DNA of 64,000 nucleotides from Haliotis cracherodii (Eukaryota): NCBI RefSeq assembly GCF_022045235.1, contig NW_027266276.1, positions 496,001 to 560,000 of the forward strand, read 5' to 3'. Shown piece by piece: positions 1 to 11,870 of this stretch (position 1 is its first letter; each line of letters starts with the position of its first letter). The notes under the pieces were generated by a model. It saw only the letters and a program-made list of their open reading frames with translations, ran no database searches and was not told where the DNA came from. The position numbers and the translations under genes were made by a program.

Positions 1-476
1 GTAGTACGGTAATTAGTATTCTCTCCCTCAAGTGTATCCTCAATTATATAACCCACCCTCATTAATTACATGCTGCTCTTTTCCAGCTTCACGGCTATGG
101 AGCTGAGATAAAGAGTCCAAGTCATCATAAAGTAATTAGGGTCCAATAAAAACAATGCGCCGCCAAACCTCATACATATTATCACTGAAAGTCGTACTAC
201 AGACGGTTAATGTCAAATCACAATAAAAGCATTTCAATTGCAATAACATGTTCCAGGACCATGTATTCTCTTAACACCATCGGATTTAGAAGCAATGGTC
301 GTATAAAACAAGACAGATCTATTTAAACACAACAGTATTCATGTTATTCCCACAAAATCACATAAAGAAAGGAGACATTAGCAAATACATGTGTATTATC
401 ATTTTTCGTCAGGATAACAAAATTTTCTCTCCTTGTTACCGCCTCCAGGTTAAGCTAAGACGGGTCCTCCTTTGGT

Positions 477-646
477 CAAAAGTTTGTTCCCCCTCTAATG
501 AGTGTGTCACGCGTTGCACACGAGTGGCGGACGGGGTGCACACCCGTGTGCAACGCGTTGCACACGGGTATCACACGCGTGACCAACCCGATGCACACTG
601 GTTGCGTAACGCGTTGCCCATGCGTGTAAGGGGAATGAACTTCTAG
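477..646. mobile_element. Short MITE-like palindromic element
   Basis: Imperfect terminal inverted repeats (AAGTTTGTTCCCC / GGGGAATGAACTT), a perfect 28-bp palindrome at 542-569, and repeated ACGCGT. Confidence 0.45.
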
Positions 647-654
647 GCAGTAGT

Positions 655-1875
655 GTATATGGGATGTTAGAGGTATATGGCATGTTAGAGGTGTATGGCA
701 TGTTAGAGGTTTACAGCATGATAGGGATATAAGGCATGTTAGAGACATATGGCATGTTAAAGGTATATGACATGTTAGAGGTATATGGCATGTTAGAGGT
801 ATATGGCATGTAAGAGGTATATGGCATGTTAGAGGTATATGGTATGTTAGAGGTTTACAGCATGATAGGGATATAAGGCATGTTAGAGACATATGGCATG
901 TTAAAGGTATATGACATGTTAGAGGTGTATGGTTTGTAAGGTTCACAAGGCATGTTGGAGGTATATGAAACGTTAGAGGTATATGGCATGTTAGAGGTAT
1001 ACGGAGTGTTGGAAGTATATGGAATATTAGAGGCATATGGCATGCTAGAGGTATATGGCATGCTAGAGGTATAAGGCATGTTAGAGGTATATGACATGTT
1101 AAAGGCATATGGCATGATAGAGGTTTACAGCATGTTAGGGATATAAGGCATGTTTGAAGCATATGGCATGTTAGAGGTATATGGCATGTCAGGGGTATAT
1201 GGCATGTTAGAGGTATTTGGCATGTTAGAGGCATATGGCATGTTAGAGGTATATGACATGTAAGAGATATATGGCATGTCAGGGGTATATGGCATGTTAG
1301 AGGTATTTGGCATGTTAGAGGCATATGGCATGTTAGAGGTATTTGGCATGTTAGAGGTTTATGGCACGTTAGAGGCATAGAGCATGTTAGAGGTATATGG
1401 CATGTTACAGGTATATGACATGTTAGAAGTATATAGCATGTTAGAGGCATATGGCATGTTAGAAGTATATGACATGTTAGGGGTATATGGTATGTTAGAG
1501 GTACATGTATATGGCATGTTAGAGGTATATGGCATGTTAGAGGTATTTGGCATGTTAGAGGTTTATGGCACGTTAGAGGCATAGAGCATGTTAGAGGTAT
1601 ATGGCATGTTACAGGTATATGACATGTTAGAAGTATATAGCATGTTAGAGGCATATGGCATGTTAGAAGTATATAACATGTTAGGGGTATATGGTATGTT
1701 AGAGGTATATGTATATGGCATGTTAGAGGTATATGGCATGTTTGAGACTTATGGAATGTTAGAGGTATTTGGCATGTTAGAGGTATATGGCATGTCAGGG
1801 GTATATGGCATGTTAGAGGTATATGGCATGTTTGAGGTATATGGCATGTCAGGGGTATATGGCATGTTAGAGACA
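655..1875. repeat. 18-bp minisatellite (GGCATGTTAGAGGTATAT)n
   Basis: Clear 18-bp period; produces the CHIPLT/GMLEVY repeat ORFs. Confidence 0.95.
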
Positions 1876-2406
1876 TCTATCATACTAGGGGCATGTGGCA
1901 TGTACTTATTTACCCTTCATTATTGTTCTGCTGAAGATGGAAAACAGCCAATGGAAGTACGTACGAGCATTCCAATAGAACAGGACCCATTCAAGTTAAA
2001 ACACGTCAGTTCAAATAAGTACCTGCTTTCAATCAATGACTCCTTTATTAAAGCAGACTGAAAACCAACAGTATCAGTTTCATGTGTAAATGTGTTTGGT
2101 ATGAAATGTACTAATCAAAGACGTCTTCACTATAGTCAATATTTCATGGCATGTCAGATTAACTGAAGTCATATGTAAGAATCGGGTGGGTTTTTTTTAA
2201 AAACTTTCTATGAATAGTATATAATATTTACATATACTGATTGAAGTGAATAGTTTTAGTCTCCTCTACCAAATACGCGTTCGAAACAATGCACACAAAC
2301 ACATCTGACATGTATTGAAATTGCATGCGCACTATTTCATATGTACTGACAGTAAAACCTTCTTCTCTCTTTACATAGTTCCCTTATCCGTTTCCATTAG
2401 TGTATG

Positions 2407-2667
2407 GACCTGGGTGGAATTGATCTTCAGCAACCCATGCTTGCAGTAAAAGGCGACTATGCTTGTCGAAAGAGGCGGCTAAAGGGATCGGGTGGTCAGG
2501 CTCGCTGACTTGGTTGATGCATGTCATCGTATCCCAATTGCATGGATCGATGCTCGTGATGTCAATCACTGGATTGTCTGGTCCAGACTCGATTATTTAC
2601 AGACCGCCCTCATGTAGCTGGAATATTGCTGAGTGCGGCGTTAAACAACAAACAAACCAACCAACCA
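2407..2667 (+). mobile_element. SINE family B (Nin-domain-like core, (AAAC)n tail)
   Basis: ATGCTTGTCG.AAGAGGCG.CTAA core and GGAATATTGCTGAGTGCGGCGTTAAACAAC tail; multiple copies in the window. Confidence 0.75.
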
Positions 2668-3078
2668 CCAGTGTATGGTAATGTGATGTATCCCTTTCCG
2701 AAAGACCAGACATTGGTCGCTTACAATCATCAAGGTTTGACCCATAACAAATTGCAAAAGAACGTATTTGTGACAATACAAAGCTGATTATATATAAAAG
2801 ATGCAGAAAAAACGTAAACACGGGATATGCCCTTTTTGTGCAGAGGTCTCGTGATATTTGGGATGATATGGCAGGCACAGTCTACTATAGATGCAACGTG
2901 CAGATAACTGACCGAGGTTATGGCAATGTGAATCACCAAGATGAAAAATGACATTGATCATACCTTCTATTGATGGTCATGTTTGTTATGTAATTTTCTT
3001 CGTTCGATTAAATGAGTTAGTTTCTTGTCGAGCTATTTTCAATATGTTGAAGTGGCGATGTGCTTGACACCAGCAGCA

Positions 3079-3205
3079 TGAGTGAGTGAGTAATATTCAA
3101 GCGACATCACGACGGGGACACCAGTAATAGGCTTCACACATTGTGCCTATGTGTGGAATCGATCTCCGGTCGTAGGTGTGACAAGCGAACGCTTTAACCA
3201 CTTGA
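3079..3205 (-). mobile_element. SINE family A (tRNA-derived), degenerate
   Basis: Reverse-complement similarity to 8076-8242. Confidence 0.6.
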
Positions 3206-3964
3206 CGGGACTGTATTAGATCAACAGCTGGTCATTCNNNNNNNNNNNNNNNNNNNNNNNNNNNNNNNNNNNNNNNNNNNNNNNNNNNNNNNNNNNNNNN
3301 NNNNNNNNNNNNNNNNNNNNNNNNNNNNNNNNNNNNNNNNNNNNNNNNNNNNNNNNNNNNNNNNNNNNNNNNNNNNNNNNNNNNNNNNNNNNNNNNNNNN
3401 NNNNNNNNNNNNNNNNNNNNNNNNNNNNNNNNNNNNNNNNNNNNNNNNNNNNNNNNNNNNNNNNNNNNNNAATGCCGGAGAATCACATTTCACATTTTGT
3501 GGGTTACTTCGACACAATATACGTTTACCTCTAAACTCGTTGAATTAGGTAGGTGAGGTTTTGCAACAGGCTTTAGTCCATCGCAGGAACCGCGAACACT
3601 TTCGTCTGAAATAGAGAGACTCTACGCCCACGCTTGTATTGCAGTAGCGTTACATTATAACGGTTCAGCGCATCGCCTTAAAACAAAAGCTTTATGTCAT
3701 CACAACCTTCATCTCCGAGTCTATTTATGTTTTAAGCGGACCGTCGTTAGAAGTAACATCGTCAGTGTCGACCGTTGTAGTCCCATTATTTGTGCGTCGT
3801 AACAGGTTTAGCTTTCAATTTCATCTCTCTGGACATCTCTTATCAAAGAAAGTTTGATTTTATAAAGCTACATTCCCCCGTTTCTAGTTTGTGCTGTATG
3901 TGGTGGTTATTATCAGCATGTCTTTGAACTCTGCATCTCCTCTTGTATTAGCATAAACGATCTG

Positions 3965-4187
3965 GGTTGGTTTAGTTTGTTGTTTAACGCCGCACTCAGC
4001 AATATTCCATCTATATGAGGGCGGTCTGTTCATAATCGAGTCTGGACCAGACAATCCAGTGATTGACATCATGAGCATCGATCCACGCATTAGGGACGAT
4101 GACATGCATTAACCAAGTCAGCCAAGCCAGCCTGACCACCCGATCCTGTTAGTCGCCTCTTACGACAAGCACAGTCATGGGTTGCTG
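3965..4187 (-). mobile_element. SINE family B
   Basis: Reverse complement of the 2407-2667 family. Confidence 0.75.
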
Positions 4188-4603
4188 GAGACCGGTATTA
4201 CGATCTTGGAGAATGCACTGGCTGCAGTGAAGAGAACAGTCTGTGGTCAACCTTATACCAGTCCTATTTGAACTTTTAAGTTAGAGGTTTAAGGTTTTTT
4301 TAGTCAGAATAAAATAGATGACAGCACTCGTCACCAAATGATTCCGTTTTTCTAACAAGTTGTGCATTTCAAAATGTATCTTTTCGAAACTCTGTGCACT
4401 AGGTAAGAGTGTATAAAGATATCATATATGTGCTTACAGAGAAACTTGAAAACTGTAGGGTCATTTCTGTATGTATCGGAATGCGTACTGACATTTGTTA
4501 CAATATTAACCTAAATCGCTATGCACATGCTCTCGTTACCTTTATTCTGTATTTATGTCAAGATAAGACACTTTTAGAACTAAAAAACTCTGGGGAAGCA
4601 TTG

Positions 4604-4695
4604 ATTGGTTGGAAGAAACGCGTGAGTCAAATGTTGAAATGGTTTAAATATCAAACATTTGCTTAGTGTCAGCCTTTGTGATTTGAACGGTAAGT
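4604..4695 (+). promoter_or_regulatory. Copy 1 core promoter and 19-nt non-coding exon 1 (4671-4689)
   Basis: ATTGG (inverted CCAAT) at 4604, TTTAAATA at 4643, TCA initiator-like site at 4669, donor ACG|GTAAGT at 4689/4690; same geometry upstream of six other copies. Confidence 0.65.
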
Positions 4696-5153
4696 GCAAT
4701 AGATTGTCAGATGTTTGAATGAACAAATCTTATGCTACTTTTACATTTAACTGCCTTTTGACCTTTTGTTTGACGACACTTTAAGAAACTTGGCTACCCA
4801 AACGCCAGATTGGTTGAAAATGTTTATGAATGGGTGTATCGATCAGAAAAGTTTGTTTTAACGCAAGATCGTCATGTGCGTTAAGGTGATGAGTTTAGGC
4901 CTTGAATGGGTTCTTCTCAAGCTGAAGGTCCACGTTCGAGTCCACATTTGTACACTGTGTGGGGCTTGTGATATTACTGGAATATTGCTGAAACTCAAGT
5001 AAAACCACAGTAAAATATCTGTGAAGTATTCTGTGAAATAAGCAACAATAAGCCACAAATAAAAATATTTCATTGATCATTTAATATTCCAAAACTTTTT
5101 TATTATTTATTTTACGGATGTGCCCCTAATTTCCAATTGCTTCTCCAATTATT

Positions 5154-5509
5154 GGACCGCCTCCATGGTCTTGTGATAGAGCGTCCGCCCGGAGAGCGGA
5201 AGGTCCGGGGCTCGTTCCCCGGCCGCGTCATACCAAAAGACGATAGAAGATGGTACTTGTTCTTACCCTGGCTGGCGCTCGGCACTAAGAGGCTGAAACA
5301 AGGACTGGTCGGCTCGGAGTCAGTATACTGTGTCTGTGTGGGGTATTCATGTTAAACTGCGGCATTGTATCTCAGTGAGCTAGCACTATAAATCGGCATC
5401 AGTCCTGACTAGTACAAGCAGCCACACACACACGTGCATGCACGTCGCTATATAAGTGCAATAATCTTGGACGCGACGTTAAACCCCATTTCACCTCAAC
5501 TCACCTCAC
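5154..5509 (+). mobile_element. SINE family C (tRNA head, Meta/MESC-like central domain, (TCACC)n tail) in intron 1 of copy 1
   Basis: tRNA-like head, GTCATACCAAAAGAC...GGCGCTCGGCACT core, 14-bp target-site duplication (TSD) CTTCTCCAATTATT at 5140-5153 and 5510-5523. Confidence 0.85.
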
Positions 5510-5607
5510 CTTCTCCAATTATTCATTGATTATGACTTCCTACAAAGCTAAGATGCTTTGAAACAACGTGTCTATGATTTATTATCTCAGGCAGAAACAA
5601 CTTCAAC

Positions 5608-6653
5608 ATGAAAGTCGCTATCTTCCTCCTCTGTCTCCTGCCTCTGGCCTTTGCCGAGAAGAAAGCCCTGCTCGGAAACAGTATGTAACAGAAATCCTCG
5701 AAAACATATAAGACTTAATCAGATATGGACTTCTGCGAAACAAACTCATATACCACAATTTCCAATACATGCTTGGGAGAATTACCCTGACGAAAGGTTT
5801 TGTTTGTGAAGAGAAACTGTGCATATGGACGAGGACCCTTCCGGTGTGACAGTTTGCTTGGATATAAACTTGAATATTGTTGGCTGGTGTTACACAATAT
5901 TCACTTCCTCACTCACTTTGGATTGTAGTTCCCAACAACAACTTCAGATTAGCAATATTCCAAATGAAAGGCCAAATTTTGTTTTGAAGTTCTGGATGGC
6001 GGCGAAATCCACCACCTCGTCCAAGCAGTAGTGACCAAGTTTGGCAGCGACGCTACCGAGCAGGATTGTGAACAGGAGTGTAAGGTCCTCTTCACCAACG
6101 ACATTCTTGACCTTGGCTGCGACTTCGCCTGCAAGGGGTAAGTCCCTGGTTATCAAGGACGTGAATTAATGGTTCAAACACAGGTGATATGCTTAGGATT
6201 CTGCAGAATTTGTGATTAGAATTAAAAGGATGATTCTCAACATCATTGAAACACGGAATCATTGTGCCATGACGTCCTATGACACCCTGGAGGATTATAC
6301 TGTATTACAGACCCGTGATGACACATGCTTTAATGGTTGATAAGGCCCTGAAGCATATATGTATCATAATTTCTTGTTGCAATGATGTAGCACACTTTGT
6401 ACATTATTGTTGCAATGATCGATTGCCTCTTATAACATAACTTAGCACATTCTTGTTGCAATGATCTATAGCTTCCTCTTGCACACTTGGTGCTTTCTTG
6501 TTGCAATGATCGATAGCCTCCTGTTACTATCACGGTGCCCTGAACAAAGTCATTATGTATTTGTACGCTTCACACGCTGTGTTTTTTTACAGAATCCAGA
6601 GCCTTATTCAAAGGTTTCACCACGACTCACCGACTACCGCTGCCACCAAATAA
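5608..6653 (+). CDS. Array copy 1: small secreted twin-CX3C protein, 93 aa; coding exons 5608-5680, 5990-6137, 6593-6653
   Basis: Hand-spliced at GT..AG sites with consistent phases (1, 2): MKVAIFLLCLLPLAFAEKKALLGNILDGGEIHHLVQAVVTKFGSDATEQDCEQECKVLFTNDILDLGCDFACKGIQSLIQRFHHDSPTTAATK*. Hydrophobic signal peptide; AATAAA at 6649 and 6664; same exon structure in 7 paralogs. Confidence 0.9.
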
Positions 6654-6883
6654 AGTATTCATGAATAAAATCTAACTTCGCCCCCATGCAATTTTTGTTG
6701 TTAATAATATAATATTGAAGCACTATCTACGCATATTCACATATACCCAGTCCACAATTCTTTTCAAAACTTACCATGGACCATTAGTACGGGTCGGTGG
6801 GTAGCCTAATCGTTAAGGCGTTTTCGATTATCCTCATGCTTACTGCACGTGAGGCCAAATTCTGATTTCCCCCACTCAGTAGA

Positions 6884-7170
6884 GGTTAGGTGAGGTTAGG
6901 TGAGGTTAGGTGAAGTGAAATGGGGTTCAAGCTCGTATTTAAGATTATTCCATCTACGTAACGATGTGCATACACGAGTGTGTGTGTTTGGCTGCTTGTA
7001 GTAGTTAGGATCAATGCCGTTTTTGTGTTAGCCCACTGCGATACCATGCCACAATTTAACATGGATACCTCAACCAGACATAGTGTACTGAAGCCGAGCC
7101 AACCAGACATTTTCATATCCCCTCAATGGCGAGTGGCAGCAGGGTATTAACATGCACCATCATTGACGTC
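6884..7170 (-). mobile_element. SINE family C, degenerate (paralogous copies at ~13008-13225 and ~17845-18232)
   Basis: (AGGTG/AGGTT)n tail plus reverse-complement core, at the same position downstream of copies 1-3. Confidence 0.65.
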
Positions 7171-8075
7171 TGACATGCCTACCCCAACCCTCAGCATCCG
7201 CGTCTGCCAAAGGTAAGGAACGTGACGTCACGGAAGGTGAATGCGGGACATGCTGCTCCCAGCCTATCCCAACACTGAAGGTTAACATGGGGATTGTGAC
7301 GTTATCTGTTGAGAGGTGAATGATCACTCCTTCACATCTCGGTACACAGCTTATTACATACAGAATTAATGGTTCACCTACACAGTCCTCGAGGACCGTC
7401 CATCTACCATACTAGGGGATGGGCAGGGGGGCCAAGAGACAACAGCTATTTCTTCAGCCAGCTCCTCTAGATATACAATGGTTGCCTAAGAAAGGGTGAG
7501 GTGAACAAATTTTATTGGAACATGTTCTTAGCCTAACGTGATTAGAACCAAGACATGTTTTAGACATTAGAGCAATATGACATGCTAGGGACATATGCCA
7601 TATTTGGGATATTTTTCATGTCAGGGACTTATGGCATTTGTAATAAATTACCCGTCATTGTTGTTCCGCGGAAGATGCCAATAGACGTATCTGTATTACA
7701 TTAGAACAGCGTGACTTCCAAGTAAAACCATGTCAGTTCAAATAACACCCCTCAGAAATAAAAACTGAAAACCAAAATAGAAACCAACAATATTAAGAAA
7801 ATGCATTATCTAGTGTCTTAATGTTATAGACTAAAATATACTACTCAAAGAAATTAAAGAACATACCATTTGTTCATATTACTGTTTTTAATATGTCTTG
7901 GCATGACGTGAAAATGGCAAGACTGCCAACGTCTGGTTACGTCAATATCACGTTTCATTCAAGTTGCGGTTTGTGAGTTCAATGTTGGAGGAAAGACTGA
8001 AGTGATGCGGGTCTCTGACGTTTACCACGTCTGGTGAAAACCACGAGCTCGGGTGTCGTGATGACAAAGCTGTGA

Positions 8076-8242
8076 GGGGTGGTCGGGTAGCCTGGTGGTT
8101 AAAGCGTTCGCTCGTCACGCCGAAGACCCGGGTTCGATTCCCGACATGGTTACAAATGTGTGAAGCCAATTTGTAGTGTCCCCCGCCGTGATATTGCTGG
8201 AATATTGCTAAAGGGGCGTAAAACCATACTCACTCACTCACT
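8076..8242 (+). mobile_element. SINE family A (tRNA-Asp-like head, (CTCA)n tail)
   Basis: A box TAGCCTGGTGG, B box GGTTCGATTCC, 11-bp TSD CAAAGCTGTGA; empty site in the paralogous unit near 15160. Confidence 0.88.
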
Positions 8243-8487
8243 CAAAGCTGTGAATCTGTGATTTTGACACGCCTGACGAATGCAAGTCCATTTGTGCCTC
8301 AAACAACTTGGCAAGAGCATGATGCACATATCATATGTGCATAGCTATTACCACACTCATCCGTATAATAACACTACACCTTCAGTTGACAGTTTCTAAT
8401 AAAAAGTCACGTGCGGACGGGACTAATTTGGATCATCGGCTGGTGATGCGAATGGGTGGGTTGATGGTTGGCTTGGTGGTCGAGATG

Positions 8488-8808
8488 GTGTGTGAGGGGG
8501 AGGGTGTGTGTGTGTATGTGTGTGTCTGTGTGTTGGTGTGCGGGGAGGGTGTGTGTGTGTGTGAGGGGGAGGGTGTGTGTGTGTGTATGTGTGTGTCTGT
8601 GTGTTGGTGTGCGGGGAGGGTGTGTGTGTGTGTGGGGAGGGTGTGTGTGTCTGTGTGTTGGTGTGCGGGGAGGGTGTGTGTGTGTGAGGGGAGGGTGTGT
8701 GTGTGTGTGTGTTGGTGTGTGGGGAGGGTGTCTGTGTGTGAGGGGGAGAGTGTGTGTGTGTGTTGGTGGGAGTGTGTGTGCGGGGGAGGGTGAGTGTGTG
8801 TGTGTCTG
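8488..8808. repeat. Compound (GT)n/GGGGAGG microsatellite
   Basis: Visible directly in the sequence. Confidence 0.92.
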
Positions 8809-9122
8809 TTTTACAACTCGTACATTTCAAAACGTATATTTTACGTTACTCTGTGCACTTGTCCCCAGGTTAGTGTTCACAAAGATTTCATGCTACTATA
8901 TGTGCTTATACAGACTACATTTGGAATTGTAGTGCAATATCTGTGATATGTCGCACATGCGTATTGACATTAGTTGCAGAAGAAACCTACAATCGCAATG
9001 CACATTTTCTCTTTACATGTATTCTGTGTTTATTGCAACATGAGACGCATTTAGAACTAAACCCTGGGTATGCGTTGATTGATTGGAAGGATCACGTAAG
9101 GCGTGTTGAAATGGTTTAAATA

Positions 9123-11357
9123 ACTTTGGACCAGTTGGTTCCCTCTTGATTGGCATGCCAAGTGTCATTCACATAAGGCCATCCATATTTTTTGCATGTG
9201 TTTCTCCCCTCAAGCATCATATAACCAGAGAGCGGGCGGACGAAATAAAATATATTACTTATTAAAAAAATGTCTTTCAATAATTGTGTAAGTTATTTTA
9301 TAACAAAAAAAGTTTAAACACTTGGTACTAAAATCAAGTCTATGAATTAATCGATGATGTAGATTCTAGATTGAGTCGCTTTGCTTCGGAAACGAATTTT
9401 TAAGAAACAACTGAAGAAAGATACAGTTGACCTGGTTATTTTACGACAGTTCAGTGGTAGATCCAGTAGTATTTCTTTTATCAGATCGGTGCACAATTTT
9501 ACTAAGCGGAAGGAAAATTGAGACCAGGAAATTTTATATTAGTTCACGTCGGAATGTAAATAAAATACCTCACATACCTCGAAACGATGTTCGGATAAAT
9601 ATTTGTTCACATTAATTCTGTCACGTGCGTGAAAATGTTTTTCAACATTATTTTCATCAAGTTTATTCAGGTCGCTGGCTACAGGGGCCATCCACCCTTG
9701 CAAACTACTTCGGCGTGAACACATGTTTGGTCTCGAAGCTCAATGCAACAATGTTTCTCTCAGATCCAATTTTCTCCATCCATGACGAGCATCTGTCATA
9801 ATGTCAATGCCTCGACAATCTTCCTGGTCAGTTGATTTTAACAATGTAATACACACAGCCTCATTCACAAGATTCTTTCCAAGTATCCACCCACGTGACC
9901 AGGGTTACAACCTTGGGATGACTTAAAAAAGTAATTTGCATTTTTAGAAAAAAAATGTTTTTGTGAATAATATTATTAAAAAACATCCTGTACATGAGCA
10001 CATCCGACTTAGATTGCTGCTTACGTATACAACTGTGAAGCCCTTTGCAAGTTTGCTTGTCTTCGTATCAAAACATTTTCATGTGACGCTCAAGTTGACG
10101 GAGAGTTGTTCGAGATGATCAGGGAGCCTTTGGTCATTTCCATTATGACATTGGTGATTTTATCGTCGAGAAGTTCCATTTCAAAATGACATGATTTCGA
10201 CCGTCAATTCGAATCGACAAGATGGCGCTTCTCTTCCCGCCCTTGCAAGTGCAACGGAAACTTTGACAAATTCAGTGCAGATTCTTGGGATTAGTGAATC
10301 AGTGTCACAGCGATATTTCATTGTGGAACCAGATATAACCGAATATGAATGTTCACACTTCTTTTGTCAACCATGCTTGGCACAGCACAAGCAATGGCAG
10401 TTAGGGAATGGTGCGGCCACAATGTTGCTGAATTTCGTCGATTCGAAAACAGTGCAATACATGTCTACTGAGCTAAATAGACAGAAGTGTTTGGCGAGAT
10501 CATAGATACTTGGACTTGAAGAAACGGATATTAAATGTTGCAGCAGTTGAGGTATTGGTGTGGACAAAACGACAAAGGGATCCCAGATTATATTTTAAAA
10601 CTTGTGCACGAAGTGTATCTAAATCCCCGGAACAAACAATACATGGGACAAGTGTGGATCTAATGATCGAACTCAGTTTTGTGTGTGAAAATTCTTTGAA
10701 AGAAAGGGGAATGCATAATTAAAGTTGTCTTTGAATATGTGTTTGAGTTTTCGTTTATCATAAGTACAATATTATGTAGATACGCCTTATGTAGATCAAA
10801 ACATGAAGTATATTACATTACTTATTTATTAGTTTCTTATGTGCATTGTTATGTTGATACACGTGACATATTCATATATTGTAGTCGAGCTAAGAAATAT
10901 TGACACTACTTCTGGTGCTTCAAATTAGGCCCCTTCCAAAACACTAGTTGAAAAATCAGTGTAATAATGTAAGTTGTATAAATATAATCTGAATATTGAG
11001 TGATATAGATCTAACTGTTGAATGCAAATGACCAAAACTAAACACATATCTGTAATTTTCGGATTGAACTGAAAGTATCTTCTCGTCATTTTGGTATTTA
11101 TTTATGTATTGTTACTGTTACATCAACCGAAATGTTTTTCTGCTGCTGATCTGCCATAAAAATATCAAACACAATACACTTTGACCACAAATGCATTTAA
11201 TGTGTCACATGTACACATGACCATGTGCTTTGCTATCTAAAGCACTCACTGTGATTGAGGTAGACGCCAAACACGATCGGTTGTGTTTACATTGTCAGTC
11301 ACTGTTTGAAACTGAAACACCGCCACCTTGCGGGCTATTTATAGTCCGGGAGTGGCT
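9123..11357. mobile_element. Decayed, left-truncated Kolobok-type DNA transposon (transposase remnant on -, KolX-like remnant on +)
   Basis: Minus strand 9771-9810 encodes IDIMTDARHGWRK. Plus strand 10191-10663 encodes ECSHFFCQPC and PDYILKLVHEVYLNPRNKQYMGQVW. Right end ...AGTGGCT|TTAA (11358-11361). The block is absent from the paralogous units. Confidence 0.62.
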
Positions 11358-11870
11358 TTAACAACAGGTTATTTTTGGTGTCAGGTAATGGACGGGGGAC
11401 CGTGGATAATATCCTGCAGCTAGCAATGGACGATATAAGGCACTGAGTGGGTTCTTATTGATCCAACAGCCCTGGTTCGATTCCACACAAGGATACAATG
11501 TGTGAAATCCATTTTCTGGTGTTTGGATCGACATGTTGCTGTAATATTGCTGAAAGCAAAGTAAAACCACTCACTCATTCAAGCATTGACTTTCAGAATG
11601 TATTTTTTTGGTTAGTTTTATTGTTTTGATTCAAGCAATGGAATCAGAGATATGCGACATATTCTGTGGAATAAGCAACACTAAGCCTCAAATAAACATA
11701 TTTTATTTGTCATTTAATATTCTAAATCTTCATATTATGAATTTTGTGTAGAAAGTAATTATTTTTTGGATGTACCTCTAATTGCTTCACATAACAACAC
11801 ATTACTTCATCAATTATGACTTACTATTGAGCTAAGATGCTTGGAAATGAGTCTATGATTTATTATCAAC

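Noticed and set aside
476-1876. 466-aa Cys/His-rich ORF (CHIPLT)n as a metal-binding protein
   Set aside because: Translation of an 18-bp minisatellite that is open in several frames on both strands; the same repeat recurs with variable length in the spacers.
3860-3890. Helitron 3' end (CCCCGTTTCTAGT)
   Set aside because: No convincing hairpin or 5' end is visible, and the region abuts a gap.
5990-6137. Saposin-like, small Tim or attractin assignment for the array protein
   Set aside because: Only four mature Cys (saposins and attractin have six); small Tims lack signal peptides; no recognisable sequence similarity, so no gene symbol is given.
8076-8150. tRNA-Asp gene
   Set aside because: No proper acceptor stem; it continues into a SINE body, (CTCA)n tail and TSD, and is multi-copy.
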